From Catajapyx aquilonaris (lineage: Eukaryota): a DNA stretch of 51,916 bases. Below, in pieces: positions 22,403 to 35,046 of the stretch. Location: assembly GCA_000934665.2 (NCBI GenBank), contig JYFJ02002740.1, positions 1 to 51,916 of the forward strand. Direction: 5' to 3'. The position numbers and the translations under genes were made by a program. Position 1 is the stretch's first letter; each line of letters begins with the position of its first letter. The notes below the pieces were generated by a model, which did no database searches, was not told the DNA's origin, and saw nothing but the letters and a program-made list of their open reading frames with translations.

Positions 22403-23627
22403 GCAGGACTGCTGGTGCAGTTTTGGAATGATTTTATTGTCTGGGCTCCCATTGGCAGGAGCTTGGCACCCAATGCTCTTGCTTTGCTAACAGCGTCCCC
22501 AGGTAAAGTGGCATAAATTGTTTGTCGCTAATGAACAGCAGCGGATAATTCAAGGCCACCTGAAGCATATTCTCTCATTGGGATTTTACTGAATGTATTG
22601 CTGAGCACTGTCATCCTTTATTGGTCGAAAGAAACCAATTATGCAATTGCAAATTGGAAAAAATAAAGAAGTGATTCAGTCATGTAAAGATTCAAGAGAC
22701 CTAACTGCCATTCCCTAACAAGACCTACTACTTCGTACTTCCAGAGAGTCAGCAGCAAATACCAAGGAGGCGGTATGGTCACCTGCACTTACGAGATTAT
22801 CACAGCAGTTGTTGTCTGTACGGGTGGTCTCCTTATCCCTTCGCAGGCAGTTCCGCAGTTTCAGTTACGGAACAATTTCAGGCCGCCGCCAGCCGCTACC
22901 AGGAAGCCCGGGAAGATAACCACCTAGCACCTCCTCCCACGCCTGGTTCCCGACGCCATGTTATCGCTTACCTCCAGGGTAGCCAACGGAAAACTGCAAT
23001 GGAAAGACTTCACTGCTTGCTGCGATATTAATTACAAACTGGGTGGTAAATTTAGGTTTTGGCATGGATCTTATCATGATCTTATCAGATGCCCTCGATC
23101 GAAGCACCTATCCGTACGTATAACAATATCGAAGCCTGCCAAAGCGCTAATTCAAATCTATAGTCTTTACCAGCCTTGGCCATGATGCTTCAAACCTAAG
23201 ACCATGCTTCAAACAATGAATAGCACGCACCAAATAGCACCCAATACAAACCACTACTCGCATTCGAATCTGGGCCACTAGAACTTGTAATACTCACTGG
23301 CCGCACTCATTTCCCCAAACGGAGCAATGCCCATGTCTGGGTTCTGATCCGTATCTCCTCCTCTGTGAGGTGTACACATGTCCTCAGAGTGTCAGTATCA
23401 GCAAGGTATCAGTCAGTATACAGTCATCTGGTGCAAGCTACAGTCACCGTTGATGCCCATTCCGTGGCTATAAATACTGTACCTCAAAGGAGGAGATACA
23501 GATTCTTACATTTCCTTTGCAGATAGTCCACTTAGCTTTATTTCCAACAGACGATTAAGTCAGCAAGAACATTACAACAAATATGCCCAAAAGAAACAAC
23601 GATGATACGAAAATAATGATCTGCAAA

Positions 23628-24935
23628 TACAGGGTGTGTAAAAATAAGTTTCTGACCTCCACCAGCCAATTGATGCATGTGACAAAGTCACTTATTATGA
23701 AGCTACTATTAACTATAATATATTGGTGGCGTGCAGGTGGTGTGTCTCAAGCATACTCTTCTCTACTATTTGACACTTGTTTTCACCAGGATAGACTCAT
23801 TTCTGACAATTTCCTGGTTAGACAAAGAAAGGCTGCGAATTTCTTTGCCTTGTCGAACACCATGATTTAGGACTTTCCAAGGTATGTGATGTTCGAGCTA
23901 CTCCTAATGGAATGAGGAACTTACCTACATAAGAAATTTTGAAGAATTTATTTTTTTGAGAAATATTTGCTCCTTGAAAGTTGTGTAAAAAATTCCTGAC
24001 CTGGGTCAGAAATCTTTTACACAGTGGGAGGGGCATGACATATTCGTTACATTTGAAGGAAAATCATATGCTTATAAAGATTAAAATAATGTCAGAATAG
24101 TTGATGAACATCGCTACTGTAATCCATTCCAGACAATGAGTCCACCCTGAGCATCTGCGTTCAAAAATGTAAGCTCTTTCGCAAGGTTTATTGTGAAGAC
24201 ACACCTAAAGGCCGCATCCTTCGAGCACACGTACTGTTTACAGATGAGTCTCCAATTCTTCTTAATCCAGCTCCCAATCGCCAAAACGCCAGAATCAGGA
24301 CAGATAATCTGGATAAGATCAAACCAATACAGTGTCCTAAATTTTCTGTCAAAATTAGGGTTGCCGGTGGAATATCGAGATATGGCAAGCCTGAGCTTCA
24401 TTTTGTTGAGAAGGAGAGATATGTAGATGGTCAAAACTTCAGGGAGAAGATCCTTCCCCTCTACAGTGTTGCAGGAAAAACCATAAGCATGTTCCCTAAA
24501 CGAAATTTGGTTACTCTTATGCAAGATGGATCCAAATGCCACACTGCTAAGGCGTGAGTGGCATCAATTGAGAAAACAGTCCCTGCAGTGTGGAAAGATT
24601 GGCCAGGGAACTCCCCTGACTTAAATCCTATGGAGCATGTTTGGGCGCTTCTACAGGACAGTGTCTCCCAATCACCAAGACTGAGGAACCTCCAGGAACT
24701 GATCTGCAGGGTGACGAGTCATCGGATGCAATCACGCAAGAAGACAATACTTCACTTATTGAGAGTTTCCCATCTCGCATTGCAGAATGTCTCAACAACA
24801 AAGGGTTACATACACACTCCTAACATCCCTGAATCATACTATGTGAATATTTGGATATAAAGTTGTATGTGTTCAGATTTATAATAAGTTTTGTAAACAT
24901 CGGCAGGGGGTCAGAAACTTTTTACACACCCTGTA
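23628..24935 (+). mobile_element. Degenerate Tc1-like transposon
   Basis: TA|cagggtgtgtaaaaa TIRs; MQDG and DWPGNSPDLNPMEHVW catalytic-domain motifs; frameshifted. Confidence 0.9.
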
Positions 24936-24949
24936 AAAGCACCTTATCG

Positions 24950-25225
24950 TGGGGCTTAATGTCGGCCTATTTCTGCTGCTAAGGCTAAACACCGACGCCA
25001 GGGGGTGGTCCTCCTCCTGGAAATTTGGCCACTCTGGGGATCTTTAACGTGCACTCGCGCAAAGTCACAACCACACGGGACAGACGGCTTTATTTCCCCT
25101 CCGAAGGAAGGCGCACTCTCCCTTTTATACCACCCGGAGAAAAGTCCCCGACCTCGGCCAGGTTCGAACCCACAACTTTAGGTCTGGAGGCAAGCGCGCT
25201 AACCACCAGACCCCCAGCGCCGGCT
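24950..25225 (-). mobile_element. tRNA-derived SINE with Deu/Nin-like core
   Basis: Reverse B-box (ggttcgaaccc); gggatctttaacgtgca..cccctccgaagga core. Confidence 0.7.
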
Positions 25226-25689
25226 ACAAAAAAAACCAAAACAAAACAAAACAAAAAAAAAACACCACCAACAAACTACAGGGAAAAAAAACATTCCTCA
25301 TAGAAATCAAGCTTTAGCCTTGATCTAGGGAAATTATTCCATAGCAATTTATACACAAGCAACACAGAGCATATAATTCTCCAACTCTTGTAATGAAAAT
25401 GGTACAAAATAATTGCAACAATGGTATTTAAAATGTGCAAGATTGCATGCCTCCCCTGGTTTGCCTTGGAATCGCCCAACAAGAAAAATTTGAATCCACT
25501 TTCATCATTGATGGATTGGATAGTAAGATAAGATCTTATTTAAAAATTAGCTACAACAAACAGTGCAGATGATCCCTTTAGTTTACTCAGTAGAATAGAA
25601 CTACTGAGTAAACTAAAGGGATCATCTGCCTTGTCATCTGCACTGTTTGTTGTAGCTAATTTTTAAATAAGATCTTCTCTGCCACAATA

Positions 25690-26405
25690 TATTGTACAGC
25701 CACAGACTCCACGTGCATATTTGTATTAAGTCGAGCTCCTTTTCTGAAGCAATAAGCCCAACTTTCTTTCCTTTTGTCATAGTATCCAGTAAAGTATGCA
25801 TAGAAATCTAAAGTACCTTTATCCTTTTGCAATAGCTCCACTAGCTTTGCATACATGACATTAAAGTTATCCTCATCCAAAGTCATCTGACACACCTTCA
25901 GACATTGGTACACTTCTTTTCATTTCTCCAGGCATCTTATGGAAGCTAAAATATTCCTTGTCAGGCATGATCGACATGCCAGGAGCAAAGCAATTTGCGC
26001 TTAGAGACACCCATTACTTGCACCCAAGCATTAAAAAACAATGGTGCATCATCAGACATAAATACATCAGCTATAGTATTTTTCCACAGACAGCCTCAAT
26101 ATGTTGAAAAAATAATGTCATAACACTGGTGTTCACTCGGGAGCTTACACAAAAAGCAGCAGGAAACCCTTCCTCATGCTCATCTATTAGCATCAGGGTG
26201 GTCAGTTCAAAGTCGTAGCTAGTGAATCCATGGGTTGAGTCAATATACACACCCTGTCATATCTGTACTTGCCCACCATTTCTCTTTGTAACGGATACAT
26301 AATAATTAACACAAAATCATCTTCCCCAATACCTTCTTGACCCTCATTTGGTTCACCCTGTCCTTTGTAGAAGAGGACATGATTATTTAGTCCTCGAGAT
26401 TGCAT
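25690..26405 (-). mobile_element. MULE (Mutator-like) transposase remnant
   Basis: Across frameshifts: VCIDSTHG..FELTTLMLIDEHEEGFPAAF..FMSDDAP..LLCSWHVD..WAYCFR..NTNMHVES. Confidence 0.88.
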
Positions 26406-26604
26406 GTTTCAAGCGTGGACGATTCTGCCCTCAGCACTCAGAAGAGGCTGAAATGGGACCAATCAGCATACATGTAATAGGCCCTATACCCCTAATCATA
26501 CCTCATGCATCCTGATGCTTGCAGCCAGTAACAGGTGCGTGTGTGTGTAGAGTGGTGCTGTAGCAGAAAGCAGACATCCGAGAACAGACGATACGATACC
26601 AAGT

Positions 26605-27178
26605 GAATAGCTGATTTTCTAAAGGGCGTAAGTCACTGTGTACATGTTTTGCGTAAAAAAAAACAAAATTCCGTCAAAGCTAAAGATCTGCGTTGGGAAG
26701 CAATTTAGCTGAAGTTACTAACAGTTAATCACTACTAAATACGTACATTAGCTTATGTTAGGTATGCATAGTTCTACATGTATGACCTCTTCAAAGTTGT
26801 GGACTTACGCCCTTTAGAAAATCAAAGCATTACAGTAGTGTTAAAACCTGTTGTAACTTGACAACATCGGAAAGTATCTGGTTTTCAGTCATCAGAGTCC
26901 GCTACAGTGGTCTTCCACGACATGATCTTGTCGTAGAAGGGGCGGTGCTCTTCCGAGATCGTACTTGAGGACTTTCTTAATGTCCGCAATTTTTCTGTCG
27001 TTGATGGGGACCTCCTCTGTGTACGCCTTGGGAAAGTTGGTTTCTGTTGACAGGGTGGTCGTCACTTCACTACAATCAGCCCTCTACAATGTCAGTTCAT
27101 AGGGGAGCTATTTATCTATACAAATCCGCATCAAAACCGACGAAAATGGACTTATGCCCTTTAGAAAATCAGCTATTC
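26605..27178 (-). mobile_element. Sola1-like deletion derivative
   Basis: About 30-bp TIR gaatagctgattttctaaagggc; 4-bp TSD aagt; extra internal TIR near 26802; C-terminal remnant AYTEEVPINDRKIADIKKVLKY. Confidence 0.65.
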
Positions 27179-27189
27179 AAGTACGACAG

Positions 27190-27324
27190 TATGCTGCTAA
27201 TTCGCCTGTGGCGCTGGGGGGGGNGGGGGGGGAGTGCCCGTCTGTGATTGGCCAGATAGCCGTACCGATGGGCTCTGACCAGACGCTTGTCTCTTTGACC
27301 GGATGATATGGTGTTGCACAATGA

Positions 27325-27387
<63 letters not shown>
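27190..27387 (+). repeat. Retroposon 3' fragment ending in (gat)n
   Basis: Long gat microsatellite preceded by a SINE-like body. Confidence 0.55.
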
Positions 27388-27388
<1 letters not shown>

Positions 27389-27732
27389 AAATGTCCCATG
27401 CTCAGTTCATTATTCATCCTTTTATCAAATGAATCTTTTTCCTAAAAAGCAGAAGATCCTCCAAAATAATTGATCACTCGTTTGCCTTCCCGATTTTAGG
27501 TATTGCTAGTTTAGCAATTAATTATTTGAACCAGAATTTTTGTAATTAATTATTATTCTCGATTACATCACAAGCCAAGCAAAGATTTCCATTAAGTAAT
27601 TGTCAATTTTTTGCTACAATTTCTGAAAGAGTGAAAGGTATCAGGAAATGCATGACTTTTCCAGTTTAATATAATAATGATCCCACAAATATTTTTAAAT
27701 TTACTATTGGCATCCATGCTGGTCACATGACA

Positions 27733-28144
27733 TTTTTTTATTTTAAATAAATAGATATACTCCGTGCTAGAGCCATGGGCTCTCTTAGGGGAGTGGAATA
27801 CCACTATGTGCAGGGACAGGGTAGGGATAGGAGGGGGAGACACTGGTGCATGTGCAATGTCATCAAGTTGGGGGTCGTGTGCAGTCCCTCAGGGGGCCCG
27901 TTCGCCTAGATGACCCCATAGATGCGAGTCAGAAACTGCCCACTGACCCGCACCTCCTCCAGGACAGGGAAAGGAAGGAAGCGGCTGTGGCCTATTTTAC
28001 GGTACGATCCCGGAAATTTTTCCTGGGGTGACCTTGGAAAACCACAGAAAACCAAGGTCAGGATCGCCGGCCTCCGGGACTCGAACCCAGGACCTCCCGA
28101 TTAGCAGTCGGATACCATATCCACTCCACCACTACTGCTTCGGT
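27733..28144 (-). mobile_element. tRNA-derived SINE (family D)
   Basis: Reverse A/B boxes; 14-bp TSD ctggtcacatgaca; homolog at 36967. Confidence 0.85.
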
Positions 28145-29257
28145 CTGGTCACATGACAATATCAACCAATCTTGGTGGCTGTTGCCAAGAATTCCTCTTT
28201 ATCGGCAGATTTTTAAACATTTTGTTGTTGCCATCAAGTTATTTGTCCATATAGTATAAATTTCAACCCCCTATATCATGAAATGTGTCAAAGTGGCACT
28301 ACTGCTGAGGCCACATGATCCAATTTAGCCTGTGAGAAGCCGAAATTCCTTTCAGCAGATGACAAAGGGGTGTCTGCTACATTGCACTATGTGACCAGTA
28401 ATTTTTAAATACGATGCCTTCATCTATACCTTTACTGTAAATGTAAAACAAAGACAATTAATAAAGTTGCAGCCAGGTTTGCCTAGCTGCTATAATTTTA
28501 CTAAAGTACGTTACGTCAGTGGCATAAAACAGCTATATGCAGTTATGCACCCCAGATCGACGTGTGTTGAACAACGTGTGTCCCAGTCCCGTCCTCCCTG
28601 CCTATTCCCGACAGGACGTTCGACGTGCAGGCAACAAGGGCAACAAGTACGCTACGTTATTACCTCATTAGTATCCCTATACTGTGTAAATTGAGCTGCC
28701 GTCAAACGGGCGAGCGCGCAGAGGATGAGGAACCCAGCTATAATGCAAGGGATAGGGCACTTGGAGGCTCTTCAGTTATTAGTAACAGTAATTGTTTCAT
28801 ATCATCACATAGCCTGTATGTATGCCGTAACCTTTAACACATAATAATTGTTGTGATAAATTAGATTGATCATCAGTTTAGTGAAGATAATGAGTGAGGT
28901 TCAGAGTTCAGTATCATGTTCAGTATTACAGACTGCTTGGGACAGTAAATTTTTAAAACAAGCGGTCAAGCTGCCAGACAAAAATTGTCATCTCAACGTC
29001 ATAAACACATTAACTTGCTGTAATATTAAGATAGTATGCTGATTAGCGTAATTATAATTAGATATCGTTTTTTTTCTTCAAAGTATGACAAAATCTGGTA
29101 TCTGTGACTAGCCTCCCTTGCCATCTTGCGTGATAAGACACTGGTAGGTGTCATGAGTAATTCTTGCAGTGTATGGCAAGGCATTCACGTGAAGCTGGTC
29201 TGAAAACTTGGTCAATTTTTGAGATGGGTCAGCTGTGTAACAACTGTACCACTCTGG

Positions 29258-29541
29258 TACAGTCGGCACGGAAACGGTAAGGACACTTGTCAATGGTCAG
29301 CTCACCCCCAAGTGTCCTTACCTTTTCCGTGCCGACTGTACCTGAAGAAGTAATTTTTGAACATTACTGAACTAGGTACAGTGTTGGTCATAAATCGAGG
29401 CAACTGCCAGTGACATTTTCCGAAGCGGCAGAAGAAGGAATCGAAGATAAGCATACTTACAAGCCGGGTGAGCAAGATTCCTTCTTCTGCCGCTTCGGAA
29501 AATGTCGCTGGCAGTTGCCTCGATTTATGACCAACACTGTA
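29258..29541. mobile_element. Two adjacent small hairpin MITEs (29258-29340 and 29377-29541)
   Basis: TA|cagtcggcacggaaa..|TA and TA|cagtgttggtcataaatcg..|TA palindromes. Confidence 0.8.
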
Positions 29542-30949
29542 CTACTAGGTAGGACAAACTGTCTTGACAGTTTTGAAAAGGGGTACGCGACAAAAACCTT
29601 TGGGAACCACTGGTCTAATCTAAAAGCAGGTTGAAATATATCTGCATGCTTGCACCACAGATATTTATTCCCAATTACATAACACATACAGGGTGATTAT
29701 TCTTCAAACCTACGCAGCAGTTTTCTTGATGTGATTCATAAAAGTCCGCTTGCTTTTATATATGACTGGCCACAGCTGTCACACTTTTTTGGATATTCAC
29801 ACACAAAATCCAATGGCACATGTATTTCAGTGCTTGTCACAGAAACGGATCTTCCCTGAGTTGGACCTCCACCCTTCATTGGGACTCGGGTTGTTTTCTT
29901 ACATCTAAAAGAACCCAGTGAACTCTGTTTGCTGGTTTTGTGTGTTTCAGCCCTTATCCCTGGCTCCCCTCCTACCACATTACATACATCAGCAGAAGGA
30001 CTAAGAAAGGATAATGGTGTTGGAACACTAGTATCAGAAACAGACTGGGAAGATGCTGTGGGTGATGCAAGAACCATGGCTGTTGGGGAAGGAGGCGGGG
30101 GTGGATATTCGTTAAACTTAGCCCAAAAGCAGCAAGGTGATACTGACAGATTTTGACTCTCTAAATGTGGTTGTGGGATGGAATGATCAAGGATCCAAAT
30201 AGGTCGCTTATTAGGTTGGAAAACTTGAGTGGCAGTGGGGGGCATATCAGTTGGTTTGAAGGCTGAAGGGGGGTGCACAATAAGACTTGCATTGACAGAG
30301 ATCAAGGTAAAGGCCTGAGCAGGAGGGGGACCATAGTAAAATGACAGAGACAGACAGGAATGCACAGGAGGGGCCAGAGTGGAGAATGCACGGACAGAGA
30401 GGGGACCAGAGAAAGAGGGAAGAGTAGGCGGGACTGAGCATCACGAGATTTCAGAAAAGGCGTTTGGACGAAAGTTAGAATGATGAAAATAGCCTAGACC
30501 GCCATACAAAAATGTATGAAATTTTCTGCCTACAGAATAAAGTGGGTAAATATAGAATAATTATATGATCACAGAAAATACAAGCAGTTCTTTGATCTTC
30601 GGATCTTCACTTGCCAGACTAATCAGTGCATTATTTTCGTTGCTACTATCAAGAAGAGCTCTTGCTAATACCAAGAGCTAATAAGTAATAACTACAGGGT
30701 GGACGGAAAGTTTCGGACCCTCCAGGTTTTTAAACCCTACTTTTCACAGCGTCTTTTCACATCTTTTAAAAGTCCACAATCAGTTCTAATGTACACTATC
30801 TTTTGAAGCATAATCTTGAGAACATCTGAGTACCTTCACTCTCGCAATTCCATTAATAACTTCGCCTCTGTGACTCATCTAAACATCCTATCTGTTTTGC
30901 GTTTATTTTGCTTGTCTATCTTTTACCTTGGCAGGTTGTGAGGGAGGTA

Positions 30950-32110
30950 TCACAGCAGCTGGAACACCTGATGGCTGGATAACAGGTCCAGGCTAATATT
31001 AAAATCCTCGCATTGCGTGGCCGAGCCCTCATAAAATGTATTGGTAACAAAGTATAAGTATTTAGGGGTGTTGTGTTGTATGCTTCCTCAGGGGTATTTG
31101 GCAGAGCGTTGCAGTACTTTGTAACTAAGGGCAAACAAGTAGTGCACTCGGTGTGACCTATGTTGGTAGGATTAAAAATTAGGGACATAAATGTAGCTTT
31201 GCGGATGTTTGACGTGCAGATAGCACCTGTTGTACTGTACAATGCACACCTTTGGGCACTGTCCTATTTGGATGGATTAGACCGGGTACAGTTATTTTTT
31301 TTAAAGAAATTCCTAACCCTGCCAAGAAATAGTGCTAACTATTTTGTCCGATACGAAACGGGTAGAAGGCCGTTATCTGTCCAAGTCATCAAAAGGTTAA
31401 TGTACTATAAAAAAAATTAAAAAAATAAAAATAAAGTATAAATTCAGAACCGGTGGAAAGCCTGTTGGGCCAGGGATTGGACTATTTAAGAAGGAAAGAA
31501 CCGGGTGTGGGATCAAGATGATTGGGACAGATCGACAGGATGTTGCAAACAGCGGGCAGTGCGTGGAGAGGATGGATGTTAAATTATGAAAGTTTGGATG
31601 TAGAGCAATTAGTAACTACATTTATTGACAGTCCGATAGATAAGGATAGGTTAGCACTGGAGGAAACTAGGCACTATGGACTCTACAGGGAAATCTCCAA
31701 TGGGTTCCAACAGGAGACATATTTACACTCAGGAATGGCAATCAAACTAGTGATGTTGCTGGTGAATTTAAGAAATGGATCGATATGGATAAAGGGGTAT
31801 AAGATAAAGTTGGAGGGTGACGAAAAATGCACTGTGTATGGCTGAGAGTGGTGATTCGCTTTTTCATATTATGTTTGAACGTTCTTTTTTTGGGGGGAAG
31901 CAAGGCTTGAAATATAAGGTTTTCAGAGGGTACCGCCCGATAAATTATTGTGGTTGTTTGTTGATACGTATACCAAATTACAGAGTCTTTGCATTATATA
32001 AGTTTTTTGAACAAGTTGTTGCAAAATTGGAACATGCTGATATAGTAATGTGAGGAGAGATGTCTTTCCTATGTGCTGTAAGCATTCAGGAAATAAAACA
32101 CTACTACTAC
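30950..32110 (+). mobile_element. Non-LTR retrotransposon (LINE, RTE-X-like) 3' remnant
   Basis: YKYLG..MFDVQIAPVVLYNAHLW..LDRVQLFFLKKFL..YETGRRPL post-RT motifs; aataaa followed by (cta)n tail. Confidence 0.8.
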
Positions 32111-32640
32111 TACAGGGTGATTCTCCCGAATGGAAACCCAAACATTCCTCGGTAACTTTTTAACTATGGTATGGTTCCAGATGAAAATTGACATGTACTT
32201 ACCTTGTATCATGCCAAACAAGGTCTGACTAAAGAATATACCAAAAGTGGTCCCCTCCAGCATCCAAGAATATTTTAATGCGAGTCTGCATATTGCCGAA
32301 GACTCCTGCAGATTGGCGGCGGGGATGACCGCCGTAAGGTCCATCATACCCCAAAACGAATTGGCCTGTTCCCGTGGCCTTGATATGCCCTCTCGCCAAG
32401 CAGGCGGGCGGGAGATGGATACCATCCTCGCCGCCAATCTGCAGGAGTCTTCGGCAATATGCAGACTTGCATTTAAAAATTCTTGGTTGCTGGAGGGGAC
32501 CACTTTTGGTATATTCTTTAGTCAGACCTTGTTTGGCATGATACAAGGTAAGTACCATGTCAATTTTCATCGGGAACCTTACTATAGTTAAAAAGTTATT
32601 GAGGAATGTTTGGGTTTCCATTCGGGAGAATCACCCTGTA
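32111..32640. mobile_element. Tc1/mariner-type palindromic MITE
   Basis: TA|cagggtgattctcccgaatgg..|TA with arms of about 220 bp; inserted in the LINE tail. Confidence 0.9.
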
Positions 32641-33194
32641 TTTGTGGACCAACAGGATACTGATTCATCCTTCAATTGCTTACTGGGGCTTTGGGGCAGA
32701 GCTTTCAACATTTATCAAAGTGAATACAAAATTTTTAAAAAAGCCTGTAGAAACCCTCATGCTGGAATTTTCACTTGCTAAACCAGTCAGAAGAAAACTC
32801 GGCGAAATCCCCTGGCCGTCACCTTCTTACGACACTTTGGGCAGCTTCTGTAAACTTTGAAAGCGTCTTGGAGGCACTTGGTGCAGAAGAGGTGGCCGCA
32901 GGTGGTTGAGCTTACCCCACTTCACTTGTTACTAAGCTCTTCTAGACAGATGGCGCAAATGGGGCCCATGGAGGATACCTTTGTATGTGTGCCACTTGCC
33001 AGCTCACTGGGAGATGCCTCCTGTTGATTCTGCTTGGTCTCGGACACTACGCCTGCATCACACGCCTGGCCGTCATCGGAAGGCATGTTCCAGTGAACTT
33101 CCATACCTTCAATCTCGCCAAATAGACTGGAGACGATTTCCACGTCACCATAATAGCCTAATTGCATTGGAGAAAAAACTGTGTTAGTTCCAAC

Positions 33195-33900
33195 AATCAA
33201 TCAATCAATTTATTTAACCTACTTGTTTCAATACAAGGAGGGACCCAACTCTTACATGGTACCTCTAGTATCTTTATAACAGTTTATTTACAAATGTAGG
33301 TTGCAGTGGGGAGCAAGACATGGCAGGTTAAAGTATTGTTATTACGAAATATTGTCGTGCCATTTGACCACCTATGTCAAATAGAAATATATCACATTCA
33401 GTTGTTCTATTGTAGGTTCATGTAAGATTTACCAAATATTATCTCTTTGTATAATGGGTATATGTAGTTGCAACTTATCCCTACCTCCTTGGAACATAGG
33501 ACACTCACTGAGGATGTGGACCTAGTCGTTAACATTCATTTGGCTGCATAAGTTACAATTTTCGTCGGGATTGATTAGGTGGCTTCTATGATTCCCTAGT
33601 GGTATCCAGTTAGAATTAAATCTAAGACATGCCAGCATTCTACTCAGATTTAGGGGGGGCAAAGGCTCAGTGTAGGTTCCAACATGTTGAGCAATTCAAG
33701 ATTCCACAGAGTTAGTTTATATCTGCACAAAACTACTTCCAAACCAACAAAAACAATGTTAAGTGTGGCCAAACCAAATTGATAAAAAGAGGTGGCGCAA
33801 CTATCTCATCAGTAGGGTCAATTCCTCTGATTCGTTTACTTGGAATTTGCGCCAGGAATTTAGAAGCTTTATTGCTTTGAATAACATAGAGGCAATTTAT
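33195..33900 (-). mobile_element. LINE 3' remnant
   Basis: Minus-strand aataaa plus (ttga)n tail; CNLC..HILSECP zinc-knuckle-like ORF2 end. Confidence 0.65.
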
Positions 33901-34442
33901 TTTAATTTAATTTTTATTTATTTACCCCTTACTCAGGTGTTCACCTGTTTTGGGGGACACATACACACCCATTCCAAATTTTAGCAATTACATTTTTTGA
34001 CGAATTAACACATGTTTGGAGATTCCCCGTTAGAGCAGAATACACAGGAGTCATGGGTATGAAACCTCTCCGTGCCCTCCAGGAATAATTTTTTGGAGGT
34101 TTGGCGGCATTGGCGCACCCCCTCCCGGACAACTGCTTACAGACAACAATGTCCTTGAAATTGCATCAACGCAGGAGTTTTTTTCATGGATCTGAACAGG
34201 TGAAAGTCACTGGGGGCCAAGCCAGGTGAGTGCAGCGGGTGTGGAAGCACCCAAACCCAGATCCATGAAAAAAAAAAAAACTTCACCAACACCATTTCGT
34301 GGACACTGTTGACAGTTGTTTATGTTGTCGATTGTGCACAGTTGTCCGGTAGTGGGTGACCTCCAAAAAGTGGTTCCTGGACGGCCCGGAGAGGTTGACA
34401 CACCTGTGGTGGTACGGCATTTGGCTCCAGGAGGATTCTATC

Positions 34443-35046
34443 TACAGGGTGTATCAGAGTCACAGGTCAAGCGCGCGCGAGGGGGTGGGGAAAAATCGTA
34501 GGTGGGGACAACCCCGGTCGGTTTTATAAAATAATTAGAAATACGGCTGTAATCAATTTATTTATCACGGCCTACGGCGTGACGTCACATCCTTTCTGTA
34601 TTCGAATTGACCCCCGCGGACTGGCAAATGCAAGGCAAATGCTTTCGGTTGAACCTGGAGGAACGGGTTTTCAGCCTTGCGGGTTGCACTGAAAAAGGGG
34701 CTCTCCTGCTACACCGGCAGGGTACTGAACACACCACTGTACAGTAGTACACTACGTTGCACAGTACCCTGCCGGAGTAGCATGAGAGCGCCTTTTTCAG
34801 TGCAACCCGCAAGACTAAAAACCCGTTCAACCAGGTTCAACCGAAAGCATTTGCCTTGCATTTGCCAGTCCGCAGGGGTCAATTCGAATACAGAAAGGAT
34901 GTGACGTCACGCCGTAGACCGTTATAAATAAATAGATTACAGCCGTATTTCTAATTGTTTTATAAAACAGACCGGGGTTGTCGCCACCTACGATTTTTCC
35001 CCACCCCCTGGCGTGCGCTTGACCTGTGACTCGGATACACCCTGTA
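34443..35046. mobile_element. Tc1/mariner-type palindromic MITE (copy 1)
   Basis: TA|cagggtgtatc..|TA, almost entirely palindromic. Confidence 0.9.
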
